Positions 48,957-57,964 of a DNA stretch of 64,000 bases are shown here, piece by piece. The DNA lies in assembly GCA_965662265.1 (NCBI GenBank), contig CBFIGX010000003.1, positions 8,608 to 72,607 on the forward strand, in the 5' to 3' direction. Below the pieces are notes generated by a model. It did no database searches. It was not told where the DNA came from and saw nothing but the letters and a program-made list of their open reading frames with translations. The first letter of the stretch is position 1. Each line of letters starts with the position of its first letter. The position numbers were made by a program, and so were the translations under genes. The DNA comes from Flavobacteriales bacterium. GTDB taxonomy: Bacteria; Bacteroidota; Bacteroidia; Flavobacteriales; UBA7430.

Positions 48957-49889
48957 ATGCAAGGAGTCGTAATGAAATCTACAGGCAGTTGGTACTTGGT
49001 TCGCTGTGATAATGGTGATTATCATACTTGTCGAATCATGGGTAAATTTCGTGTTAAAAAGCTGAAAAGTACAAACCCTGTAGCAGTTGGTGATATTGTT
49101 ACTCTGAAAAGCGATGGTAATGATTATGTAATTACAGAAATAAAAGATCGGAAAAATTATATTATCAGAAAATCAGTAAATCTTTCAAAGCAAGTACAAA
49201 TCATTGCGTCGAATATTGATCATGCTTTTTTAATAATTACGTTGGCATCTCCAGCAACTTCACTTGGGTTTATTGACCGTTTCTTAGTTACAGCTGAGGC
49301 CTACCAAATACCAACATCGCTGGTGTTCAATAAAATAGATTTATACGATAGTTATGATCAAGAATATCATAATTCGATTGTTTCGATGTATGAAGATGTT
49401 GGGTATGAATGTATAGAAGTATCTGCATTAAATATGTTAAATATTGATTTTCTTATTCAAAAGATGAAAGGATTGGTTACAGTTTTTTCTGGCCATTCTG
49501 GAGTTGGTAAGTCTACTCTTGTCAATGCAATCGACCCTAGTTTAAATCCATTAACAAAAGAGATTTCAAGTACGCACAAAAAAGGACAACACACAACTAC
49601 CTTTGCAGAAATGTATGCTCTTGATTTTGGTGGCTATATCATTGATACACCAGGTATAAAAGGTTTTGGATTGGTAGATATTGATGAATTTGAACTCGGC
49701 GACTATTTTCCAGAGATTAAAGCTTTAAAAAATGAGTGTAAGTTCAATAATTGTTTGCATGTCAATGAACCCCATTGTGCTGTAAAAAAAGCCCTAGAAA
49801 AAGAAGAAATTCATGCTCCTAGATATGAAAGCTATTTGACGCTTATGGAAAATGATGAAAGTCCTTATCGAATTTCAAAATACCACTGA
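48957..49889 (+). CDS. rsgA: Ribosome small-subunit-dependent GTPase A
   Basis: KSTGSWYLV OB-domain opening, NKIDL, GHSGVGKSTL, DTPG, and the C-terminal zinc knuckle CKFNNCLHVNEPHC. Confidence 0.9.
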   Translation: MQGVVMKSTGSWYLVRCDNGDYHTCRIMGKFRVKKLKSTNPVAVGDIVTLKSDGNDYVITEIKDRKNYIIRKSVNLSKQVQIIASNIDHAFLIITLASPATSLGFIDRFLVTAEAYQIPTSLVFNKIDLYDSYDQEYHNSIVSMYEDVGYECIEVSALNMLNIDFLIQKMKGLVTVFSGHSGVGKSTLVNAIDPSLNPLTKEISSTHKKGQHTTTFAEMYALDFGGYIIDTPGIKGFGLVDIDEFELGDYFPEIKALKNECKFNNCLHVNEPHCAVKKALEKEEIHAPRYESYLTLMENDESPYRISKYH

Positions 49890-50341
49890 TGAGAATTGTA
49901 ATACAGAGAGTTTCTAAAGCTAATGTAAAAGCTGACGGGAAGTTTAAAGCAGAAATTTCTCAAGGTTTACTTGTTTTTATCGCAATATCTGACAATGATA
50001 ATCAGCAGGATATTGATTGGCTTTGTAATAAGATAGCTTCATTAAGATTGTTTTCAGATGAGTCAGGTCATATGAATAAATCTATTAATGATGTTAATGG
50101 TGACGTATTAGTAATCAGTCAGTTTACCTTATATGCTAGCATTAAAAAAGGTAATAGGCCCTCTTTTATTAGGTCATCGAGGCCTGAAGTTGCTAGGCCT
50201 TTGTATGATTCATTTGTAGCTTGTCTATCAGACATGATTGATTCTAACGTTAAGACTGGTGTTTTTGGTGCAAATATGAGGGTTGGGATTGTTAATGATG
50301 GCCCTGTAACAATATGTGTAGATTCTAAAGAAAAAGAATAA
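49889..50341 (+). CDS. dtd: D-aminoacyl-tRNA deacylase
   Basis: MRIVIQRV, SQFTLYA and NDGPVT motifs. Its start overlaps the rsgA stop (TGATG). Confidence 0.9.
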   Translation: MRIVIQRVSKANVKADGKFKAEISQGLLVFIAISDNDNQQDIDWLCNKIASLRLFSDESGHMNKSINDVNGDVLVISQFTLYASIKKGNRPSFIRSSRPEVARPLYDSFVACLSDMIDSNVKTGVFGANMRVGIVNDGPVTICVDSKEKE

Positions 50342-50667
50342 TGGAATTAAAAGAGTTGCAAGTAAAAGTTGATCATTGGATTAAAGCTTATGGTGTTCGT
50401 TACTTTGATGAGCTAACTAATATGGCTATTCTTACAGAAGAGGTTGGTGAGGTTGCAAGAATTATGGCTCGAAAATATGGAGAACAGTCCTACAAGGATA
50501 CAGATACTAACAGAGATTTAGCCAACGAACTTGCAGATGTCATTTGGGTTTTGACATGTATTGCTAATCAGACAGGAATAGATCTAGATGAGGCCATGCA
50601 GAATAATTTTCAAAAGAAAACTAAAAGAGATAATCATAGGCATCACAATAATAAAAAATTAACATAA
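50341..50667 (+). CDS. MazG-like nucleotide pyrophosphohydrolase
   Basis: LTEEVGEVARI...ELADVIWVL is the EExxE...ExxD all-alpha NTP-PPase pattern. Its start overlaps the dtd stop (TAATG). Confidence 0.8.
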   Translation: MELKELQVKVDHWIKAYGVRYFDELTNMAILTEEVGEVARIMARKYGEQSYKDTDTNRDLANELADVIWVLTCIANQTGIDLDEAMQNNFQKKTKRDNHRHHNNKKLT

Positions 50668-50699
50668 AAAAATCCTCTTAAGAGTATAAGAGGATTTTT
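50668..50699. terminator. Bidirectional rho-independent terminator
   Basis: AAAAATCCTCTTA-agagta-TAAGAGGATTTTT, a 13-bp perfect stem between convergent genes, with T-runs on both strands. Confidence 0.8.
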
Positions 50700-50719
50700 A
50701 TAATTTTTTTAAAAAACTA

Positions 50720-51376
50720 TTAAAATTTAAGTCCTAGTGAAACTAAAAATTGATTCATCCTTTGATCTGTATTGAAGTTAGTGTTGCCTATAGATATTTC
50801 ATCTCCAAGAGATTGAAGCCCCATTTCATAGCGTAAATCAACAGTAAGAATAGATAAGTCTACGCCTACACCAATTTGAGCACCCAATGAAGAATCTTTG
50901 TAATTAGTTGTAATTTCTGTTGCCGTGTCATATACACCAGCTTGATCTATATCATCACTTAGTACAAGGGTAAAAACTGGCCCAGCGTTAAGGCGAAGTA
51001 TTCTAAAGAATCGTTTACCAATCATTACCGGAATCTCTAGTTTATTTAACTTAACCTCCCCCATTACATCTTCGAGCTCATTTTCAGTTAATACCTTTTC
51101 AAAGGTAATTTCAGATTTAGAATTACTAAATAGAACCTCAGGTTGAATATAAAACCCCAATAATGAAATTCGTGCAAAGGCCCCAAATTGATAACCCAAT
51201 TTTGAATTTGTATTAGAAAGGAGTTTAATGGCGTCATCGGTATTATTAACCGCACTTATATCTTTAAACTTTATTGAGGGAGATGAGACACTCACTCGTG
51301 GACCCCAGGAAAAATCTTGGGCGCATAAGTTTATAGATAAACCTATAGTAATAATAGAAAGAATTAGTTTTTTCAT
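50720..51376 (-). CDS. Outer-membrane beta-barrel (porin-family) protein
   Basis: Signal peptide MKKLILSIITIGLSINLCAQ, beta-strand alternation, and a C-terminal F. It starts 3 nt after the bioB stop. Confidence 0.55.
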   Translation of the reverse strand: MKKLILSIITIGLSINLCAQDFSWGPRVSVSSPSIKFKDISAVNNTDDAIKLLSNTNSKLGYQFGAFARISLLGFYIQPEVLFSNSKSEITFEKVLTENELEDVMGEVKLNKLEIPVMIGKRFFRILRLNAGPVFTLVLSDDIDQAGVYDTATEITTNYKDSSLGAQIGVGVDLSILTVDLRYEMGLQSLGDEISIGNTNFNTDQRMNQFLVSLGLKF

Positions 51377-51379
51377 AGC

Positions 51380-52486
51380 TTAAGATTTTGTTTCTAGTTT
51401 ACGTTTTTCTTTTGCAATTTTTGTGGCTTTGATGTTGGCGTCAATTTTATGTCCAGGTCTAGACCATGAGCCTTTGTCGGTAACATTATTATTTTTATAA
51501 TTTTCATTTACGGATGGTTTATCGCCTTTTTTGTAAGCTTTTCTCGGTTTTAAGCCTAAGGTGTTAAATAAATTCATATCCTTATTAATGTCTGGATTTG
51601 GTGTAGTTAGCAGTTTGTCTCCAGCAAAAATAGAGCTAGCTCCGGCCATAAAACATAGTGCTTGGCCCTCATCAGACATTTGGGTTCTTCCTGCCGATAG
51701 CCTTACAGTTGTTTCTGGGACAACAATTCTAGTAACCGCAACCATTCGAACCATATCCCAAATAGGAATTTGCTTTTGATCTTCCATTGGAGTTCCTTCA
51801 ACGGCTACCAGTGCATTTATAGGAATTGACTCTGGAGCAGGGTTAAGGCAGCTTAATGTAACAAGCATAGCTGCTCTATCTTCAACGGTTTCTCCCATTC
51901 CAATAATCCCTCCAGAACAAACCGTTAATCCTGCTTTTCTGGCGTTGCCGATGGTTTTAATCCTATCTTCATAGCCTCGAGTTGAAATAACTTTTTTGTA
52001 GTGTTCTTCAGAGCTATCTAAATTATGGTTGTAGGCATATAAGCCGGCTTCAGAGAGTCGTTTGGCTTGATTTTCTGTAAGCATACCTAGTGTGCAGCAG
52101 ACTTCCATATTTAAGTCTCTTACGGTTCTCACCATCTCAAGTACTTGATCAAATTCTGGGCCATCGTTAACATTTCTCCAGGCTGCCCCCATACATATTC
52201 TTGAGGAGCCAGACGATTGCGCTCTTAAAGCTTGTGCTTTAACAGTTTGGACCGACATCAGATCGTTTTTTTCTATATCTGTGTGGTATCTAGATGCCTG
52301 CGGACAATAACCACAGTCTTCAGGACACCCACCTGTCTTTATAGATAATAAAGTACTTACTTGAACTTCATTAGGATCGTTATTTTCTCGATGGACTTGG
52401 GCCGCCTGAAAAATTAGTTCTAGTAATGGTTTGTTAAATAATTCAAGAACGTCTTCTTGCGTCCAGTTTTTTCTGTTTTCAATCAT
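51380..52486 (-). CDS. bioB: Biotin synthase
   Basis: Radical SAM CPEDCGYCPQ and CMGAAWR, with the characteristic YNHNLD. Confidence 0.9.
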   Translation of the reverse strand: MIENRKNWTQEDVLELFNKPLLELIFQAAQVHRENNDPNEVQVSTLLSIKTGGCPEDCGYCPQASRYHTDIEKNDLMSVQTVKAQALRAQSSGSSRICMGAAWRNVNDGPEFDQVLEMVRTVRDLNMEVCCTLGMLTENQAKRLSEAGLYAYNHNLDSSEEHYKKVISTRGYEDRIKTIGNARKAGLTVCSGGIIGMGETVEDRAAMLVTLSCLNPAPESIPINALVAVEGTPMEDQKQIPIWDMVRMVAVTRIVVPETTVRLSAGRTQMSDEGQALCFMAGASSIFAGDKLLTTPNPDINKDMNLFNTLGLKPRKAYKKGDKPSVNENYKNNNVTDKGSWSRPGHKIDANIKATKIAKEKRKLETKS

Positions 52487-52536
52487 CGCATAGTCTCTTT
52501 GAACTTCAAATATAAACTTTCTTTTTGCTATGTACT

Positions 52537-53700
52537 TTATTTTGACAAGATGATGCTAACGGCGTTACCACCAAATCCTGTAGCATTAACCATCACAGTT
52601 TTGATAGGTCTTTCTTTGTTTATTTGAATACTTTGGTAAGGAAAATGTATTTGCTTATTATGATGTAGCATAAGAATAGCTAGTTCAATGCTTAGGGCAC
52701 CCGAGGCGCCAAAAGTGTGTCCTGACAAATGTTTTGTAGAGATTAAGTTGGGACACTCTGCTTTAAAGAGTTTATGAATAGCTTTGAGCTCACTATTGTC
52801 ACCTTTTAAAGTTCCTGGGGCATGCATAACTATACTATCAACCGCTTCGATGCCAGCTTTTTTTAAAGCCTGCTTCATAGAGTTATATAAACAGTCAGCT
52901 TCAGCCGATAAGGATACATTGTGTTCGATTAGTTCAGTTGAATAACCAAGCCCTTCAATGCGAGCTAATCGATTTTGATTTTGATCTTTTTCAAGGCAAA
53001 AAATGCCGGCACCTTCACCTAGGACTAAAGAGCTTTTATTTTTATTTTTCAACAATGGTTGACATGGGAAATTGCCTACTTCTTCAGAATATATTCGTAA
53101 GCCCTTCATTTGTGCAATAGTAAAGTCACTTAACGGAGCTTCAGCCCCTCCAGCGATAAATTTTTGACTCATTCCCGATTGAATCCAGGCGATGGCATTA
53201 AGGATTGCATGAAGTGCTGTACTACATGTAATAGAATGAGAAAAGCTGGCACCTTTAATCCCTAAATCATATGCTAACCAAGATGATAGATTTCCTAATG
53301 TGGTCGTAGGAGACACCATTGGGCTTATTCTCTTTTGCTTATTGTCCATAAAGTTTTTATGGTACTTCTCGAATAGTTGTGTGGCTCCTCTTGATGAGCC
53401 GATATTTACACAAGCGTCTTTAATAGTTGTCCACCCTGCATTATTAACCGCTTGCCTTCCTGCAAGTATTGATAATAAAACACTTTTATCTAGTCTTCTA
53501 TAGTGTGGATTTTCTTTCCTTAATTTATCTAATTGTTGTTTTTCTTTACTGAATAGTTTCCCCACATAAGTATCACAATCGCTAAAGCAACAAGTACTTA
53601 TTCGAGGTTGCATAGAAAGGTAATTTCCCCAAACCTCTTCTGTACTACTTCCTAGTGCAGAAATACTTCCCATCCCACTAATTATTACCTTATCTGCCAT
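52537..53700 (-). CDS. Beta-ketoacyl-ACP synthase family protein (KAS I/II-like)
   Basis: Cys-His-His triad candidates: SITCSTALHA, MHAPGTLKGD and KHLSGHTFGASGA. Confidence 0.8.
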   Translation of the reverse strand: MADKVIISGMGSISALGSSTEEVWGNYLSMQPRISTCCFSDCDTYVGKLFSKEKQQLDKLRKENPHYRRLDKSVLLSILAGRQAVNNAGWTTIKDACVNIGSSRGATQLFEKYHKNFMDNKQKRISPMVSPTTTLGNLSSWLAYDLGIKGASFSHSITCSTALHAILNAIAWIQSGMSQKFIAGGAEAPLSDFTIAQMKGLRIYSEEVGNFPCQPLLKNKNKSSLVLGEGAGIFCLEKDQNQNRLARIEGLGYSTELIEHNVSLSAEADCLYNSMKQALKKAGIEAVDSIVMHAPGTLKGDNSELKAIHKLFKAECPNLISTKHLSGHTFGASGALSIELAILMLHHNKQIHFPYQSIQINKERPIKTVMVNATGFGGNAVSIILSK

Positions 53701-53744
53701 ACGTCAAATATAATAGAAATGTGAGCACTATAACATTACAAAAA

Positions 53745-54983
53745 TCAGTTTTTCTTGTGCCAAAGAATTGTTTTTATAGTTTTTTTTGAGTTGATGAATT
53801 GCACATAGTATAAGTCATCTTTAAGGAAGCTAAAGTCAACTGAGGTCTCACCATTTAATTTAATTACGTCAACTAATTTACTGTCAGTAGAGTATATGTT
53901 TATTTGATCGACCATTTTATTTTCCTTCCAGTTTATAAAGCCTGACGATGGATTAGGAAATGATTTGAAATCTGAACTTTTGTCATTTATTAGAAGGTTT
54001 TGAATTTGAATTATATACTCATCCGTGTAACAGCCATCACTTGCTATCAAATTGATCTCATAGTCGCCTGTATATCCATTAAGATTAACAATGAGTGTGT
54101 CGTTAAAGTCGAGAATGTTTTGAGTGATTCCCAGCCAATTAGTTTCAGTGAAATTTAATGACTCATTATAGAATATGATGCTGTCACTCATTATTTCATA
54201 GCTTGCAATAGCTTCTACCTCGGTAAGGAATGATGTTACAGTATTAGTGGTTACTTCGTTTGCATATTTATTCAAACTATCTGCTGTGTAACTGTCAATT
54301 AAGTTGGTATAGTAAACTTCTTGAGCAAGGTCTTCATATAGTATATTGTAAATAACCGACGCAGCAAGATAGGAGCCTTCATAGCTAGGGTGAGACCCAT
54401 CTGTGGCGTAAAGGTTTATGCTCGGTAAGTTGGCTCTAATATTTGCCCACGCGTTTCCAACTGGAGCAATTAATGCCTCATTTGTCTGAGCCATTTCGGT
54501 ATAACTCTCAATTAGTCTGTTTTGCATTCCCTCGTAAGTACATAATGGGGCATAAAATTCACAATTTCCCTGATCTCCATTTTCTCTTCCCCAAGTCGTA
54601 AAAAAAACGGGTTTAGTACAGGAATAATTTTCACGAATGATTTCACATAATTCCATAGCATATGGATAAACATCAGTAGCAACTTGATTTGGAGGAAATG
54701 AAGGCATTTGACTTTGCTCTTGAAGAATAACATAATCCCAATTTTCTGAATTTATAAGATTCGTTAGAGTTGAATTTGCTACATGTTGCATTAAAGTAGA
54801 GCCTCCGGGTGTGTGTGTTTGAAATACAAGAGTGTTGCCATTAGTCTCTGCAATAGATTGAATAATTGAACCTAGGTTGTTGTATGCCGTATAGCTGTTG
54901 CCAATGAAAAGTGCTTTTACATCCGTTTGAGCTGATACTATACTACAATGAATACAAAAAAGTAGAACTATTTTTTTGATCAT
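53745..54983 (-). CDS. Secreted protein with an SGNH/DUF4886-like N-terminal domain and T9SS C-terminal sorting domain
   Basis: Signal peptide. ALFIGNSYTAYNNL (GNSY block) and DGSHPS. The C-terminus FPNPSSGFINW...YYVQFIN is T9SS CTD-like. Confidence 0.6.
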   Translation of the reverse strand: MIKKIVLLFCIHCSIVSAQTDVKALFIGNSYTAYNNLGSIIQSIAETNGNTLVFQTHTPGGSTLMQHVANSTLTNLINSENWDYVILQEQSQMPSFPPNQVATDVYPYAMELCEIIRENYSCTKPVFFTTWGRENGDQGNCEFYAPLCTYEGMQNRLIESYTEMAQTNEALIAPVGNAWANIRANLPSINLYATDGSHPSYEGSYLAASVIYNILYEDLAQEVYYTNLIDSYTADSLNKYANEVTTNTVTSFLTEVEAIASYEIMSDSIIFYNESLNFTETNWLGITQNILDFNDTLIVNLNGYTGDYEINLIASDGCYTDEYIIQIQNLLINDKSSDFKSFPNPSSGFINWKENKMVDQINIYSTDSKLVDVIKLNGETSVDFSFLKDDLYYVQFINSKKTIKTILWHKKN

Positions 54984-54989
54984 TTTAAT

Positions 54990-55778
54990 TTAAATAAAGT
55001 TAGATATAATAGCTATTATCCCTACGCAGAAACAGTAGTAGGCAAAGTATTTAAGCTGGCTTTTTTTTACGAGTTTAATCATCCAGGTGCAAGCTACGAG
55101 CCCTGTAATAAAGGCCGCTATAAACCCTGCAATAATTGGAGTAATTAACGCCGTCTCTAAAACAACTTCACCAGAGATGATGTCTTTAGTCATTTTACCA
55201 AGTATAAGAGGAACTACCATTAAGAAAGAAAATCGTGCAGCACGCTCTCTATCAATACCTAATAATACTGATGTAGAAATCGTAGCACCTGATCTTGATA
55301 TGCCAGGAAGTATTGCTATTGCTTGGGCCATACCAATAACAAATGCATTTTTGTTACTTATACCCTTCTCGGTATTTTTTGCCTGATCTGCAAAAAATAG
55401 AAGCGCTGCAGTAATCACTAGCATAGAACCAACTAACAAGATTTGCTCATTAAATAGTTGGTCAATTTGCTGCTCAAATAGTAATCCTACGAGTGCTGCT
55501 GGAATCATTGAAATAATAATTTTTAAAGAAAATTTAAATTCATCATTCCATTTAAATTGCATTAAACCGGACACTATTTTTACTATATCATTTTTGAAAA
55601 TGTATATCGTACTTAAAGCAGTAGCCGCATGTAATACCACAGTCATTAATAGATTTTGTTCTTGAGTAGCAACACCTAACAACTCTTTAGTAATTTCTAT
55701 ATGACCACTACTACTTACTGGCAAAAATTCAGTAAGTCCTTGGATAATTCCTAGGATAATAGCTTCTATAAGACCCAT
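54990..55778 (-). CDS. uppP: Undecaprenyl-diphosphate phosphatase
   Basis: QGLTEFLPVSSSGH and PGISRSGATI motifs. Confidence 0.9.
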   Translation of the reverse strand: MGLIEAIILGIIQGLTEFLPVSSSGHIEITKELLGVATQEQNLLMTVVLHAATALSTIYIFKNDIVKIVSGLMQFKWNDEFKFSLKIIISMIPAALVGLLFEQQIDQLFNEQILLVGSMLVITAALLFFADQAKNTEKGISNKNAFVIGMAQAIAILPGISRSGATISTSVLLGIDRERAARFSFLMVVPLILGKMTKDIISGEVVLETALITPIIAGFIAAFITGLVACTWMIKLVKKSQLKYFAYYCFCVGIIAIISNFI

Positions 55779-55781
55779 GTC

Positions 55782-56009
55782 TTAATTATTGGGTTTATGC
55801 ATAATAGCAAAAACCTCAATTACGAATCCAATTAAAATCATGATGGGAGCAAGTGTAATTCTACTAAAACTGAAAATTTTAGGATTAAAACTAGTATCAT
55901 CAGGGGCGCCTCCACCCGACATTAAAACAAATCCTGCAAGGATAAAAATGATACCAATAATCATTAATTGATAGTTTTTTTTACTGAATAAGAAGCCTTG
56001 ATTTTTCAT
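55782..56009 (-). CDS. Small two-TM membrane protein (DUF3098-like)
   Basis: 75 aa with FSKKNYQLMIIGIIFILAGFVLM. Its position between ftsX and uppP matches my recollection of Bacteroidota genomes. Confidence 0.6.
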   Translation of the reverse strand: MKNQGFLFSKKNYQLMIIGIIFILAGFVLMSGGGAPDDTSFNPKIFSFSRITLAPIMILIGFVIEVFAIMHKPNN

Positions 56010-56010
56010 T

Positions 56011-56889
56011 TTAGTAGTGTAATTGGTCTGTAGTTAATTTTAAATATTTGCGTACTGCAAAATAGGTGCAAATCCAAGGAATTAGCATTCCGCTAATTCC
56101 AAGGCATGAATACAAAATTATTTTAGCCTGGCTAGTGTGAAGTTTTTGTAACTCCGGAAAAAAGTTAGAACAATAATAAGTCAGAATCTCAACCGAGATT
56201 ATTGCAATAGTAGCAGCGATAAAACCGTGTAAGATACTTTTCCAAATAAAAGGTTTTCTAATAAAGCTTTTTGTTGCTCCTACTAACTGCATGGTTTTTA
56301 TTAAAAATCGTTTAGAGTATATTGTTAGTCTAATAGAACTATTTATTAAAGCTACTGCAATTATCATAAAAGCGAGGCTTAATATCAAAAGAGCATAAGT
56401 TAGTTTTTCAATATTTTCATTAATCATAGTGATTAATGATTTGTCATAAATTACTTCCTGTACAACAGGTACGGCCATAAGTTCTTTTTCTATTTCATGC
56501 AATTGGTTTGTTTTGGTGTAGTAGGCATGAAAATGTATATCTATAGCATCAGTAATTGGGTTAAATCCTAAAAATTGAAGAAATTCTTCTCCTAAGTCTT
56601 TTTCTAAATTTTTAGCAGCGTCTTCTTTTGAAATAAACTTGGTTCGCTTTATGTGTTCACTAAGTTCTAATTGTCGTTGAAACTGTTTCACCATTACAGG
56701 TTTTGAGTCTGTCTTAATAAGGGCTGAAAATGCCACATTTTCTTGAATCTTATTGGCAAGAGATTTAGAGTGATATAACACTGTACTTAGTATTCCAAGT
56801 AAGAATAGAACAAGCGTCATGCTTACAATAACTGAGATGTAAGAAGACCTGAGCCTGTTTTTGTTAAATTTATCTAACTTTTGACGCAT
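56011..56889 (-). CDS. ftsX: Cell division protein FtsX-like permease
   Basis: FtsX topology: one TM, a periplasmic domain, then three C-terminal TMs, with the MQLVGATKSFIRKPF motif. Confidence 0.8.
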   Translation of the reverse strand: MRQKLDKFNKNRLRSSYISVIVSMTLVLFLLGILSTVLYHSKSLANKIQENVAFSALIKTDSKPVMVKQFQRQLELSEHIKRTKFISKEDAAKNLEKDLGEEFLQFLGFNPITDAIDIHFHAYYTKTNQLHEIEKELMAVPVVQEVIYDKSLITMINENIEKLTYALLILSLAFMIIAVALINSSIRLTIYSKRFLIKTMQLVGATKSFIRKPFIWKSILHGFIAATIAIISVEILTYYCSNFFPELQKLHTSQAKIILYSCLGISGMLIPWICTYFAVRKYLKLTTDQLHY

Positions 56890-56943
56890 AACGGCTAATT
56901 TACAAATTCAATCATACTTACACCTCAACTATGTTTAAATATA

Positions 56944-57687
56944 TTAATCGTTAAGAATTTGTAATGGATGTGTTAAATTTTTGTAGCTCACAAGATCCAT
57001 TTTTATAGCGCCCACTAATACTTCAGTTTTGAGTTGTATAGGAATTCTATTCTGATCATCACTTACCCAAATTTTCATACCGTGTTTATCTTTAAATAAA
57101 CGACCAGCTTCTAAAACTGGTGACCAGACTTGACACTCAATATCGCCGAATTTACTTTTAATTGATTGATTGCCTAAGTAATGTATCTCAGATTTAATTA
57201 GTGCATCATCTAAATATACAGACAAGGGTATTGAATAACCAATATATAATGAGTCTAATTCAATAGTTCTTAAATGGTAGAAACTGGTGACAATATCCAT
57301 ACTATTTTCTAGAATACTTATAGTGTCTCTGGTGCTTTCTATTGTATTGTCATTGTAGTTAAAAACCACATTTTCTATTTTTTTGTACTTTCCTTCATTC
57401 ACATCTCTGTGGAAGTATATAGGGTAAAAACTTGCTTTGTCAACTAGGCTATAATACAAGTCCCGGACTTTAAAAAAAACATTAAATAGTCCAGTAGATT
57501 TTCCTGTTGCGGTAAATTTGTATTGACTTGCATTTGGTTCGCTAACTTCCATATAGGCTCGTCCAGCTTCTAAAATTCCATAATGTACCTTATACTCCAA
57601 TTGCTCCCCAGATTTAAATGTTTGGCCCATAACATTAATAATTATGAACTGCGATAAAATGGCTGTTTTTACAAAAGAATATTTCAT
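56944..57687 (-). CDS. DUF3108-like secreted protein
   Basis: GEQLEYKVHYGILEAGRAYMEV resembles the DUF3108 opening. The ATG at 57687 gives the signal peptide MKYSFVKTAILSQFIIINVMG, whereas the listed start at 57705 is a GTG. Confidence 0.65.
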   Translation of the reverse strand: MKYSFVKTAILSQFIIINVMGQTFKSGEQLEYKVHYGILEAGRAYMEVSEPNASQYKFTATGKSTGLFNVFFKVRDLYYSLVDKASFYPIYFHRDVNEGKYKKIENVVFNYNDNTIESTRDTISILENSMDIVTSFYHLRTIELDSLYIGYSIPLSVYLDDALIKSEIHYLGNQSIKSKFGDIECQVWSPVLEAGRLFKDKHGMKIWVSDDQNRIPIQLKTEVLVGAIKMDLVSYKNLTHPLQILND

Positions 57688-57706
57688 GGAATAATCAATA
57701 ATCACT

Positions 57707-57714
57707 CAAAAATA
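57707..57714 (-). promoter_or_regulatory. -7 promoter box TATTTTTG for the DUF3108-like gene
   Basis: TAnnTTTG match on the minus strand, 20 nt upstream of the ATG at 57687. Confidence 0.4.
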
Positions 57715-57744
57715 AAAAAAGCTCTCAAATTTCAGAGCTTTTCT
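57714..57744. other. Orphan terminator-like hairpin between divergent genes
   Basis: AAAGCTCT-caaatttc-AGAGCTTT with an A-run before it and a T-run after. No upstream convergent gene on either strand. Confidence 0.4.
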
Positions 57745-57782
57745 AGCAATTCATCCCCCTAGATACTTCCTTTTTGCACAAG

Positions 57783-57790
57783 TAGTTTTG
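57783..57790 (+). promoter_or_regulatory. Candidate -7 box TAGTTTTG for the LTD / kinase / nucleotidyltransferase operon
   Basis: The only exact TAnnTTTG match I found on the + strand upstream of 57965. It implies a leader of about 170 nt that is very AT-rich. Confidence 0.3.
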
Positions 57791-57964
57791 TAAAAACGTG
57801 TTTTTTATTACCAATTTCAAATCTTATGCCATAGTAATCATTATTCTATACATAAATCTATAAATGTATCTATTTAGATAAATTGAGTATTGTTATACAT
57901 ATTTTAATTGGTCATTATTAGTAAATTAGATTTCATATATAATTTTATCTAAATAATTAATGTA

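Noticed and set aside
50341-50667. MazG-like protein as a phage-defence or toxin-antitoxin component
   Set aside because: It is translationally coupled to rsgA and dtd in a housekeeping string, with no partner toxin/antitoxin or defence genes nearby. It most likely has a house-cleaning NTP pyrophosphohydrolase role.
57798-57863. 21-codon GTG-initiated ORF (VFFITNFKSYAIVIIILYINL) as a possible RiPP precursor upstream of the LTD gene
   Set aside because: It has a non-ATG start, a composition typical of translated AT-rich spacer, no Ser/Thr/Cys-rich core or recognisable leader, and lies about 2.8 kb from the kinase gene. It is worth re-examining only if it is conserved in orthologous loci.
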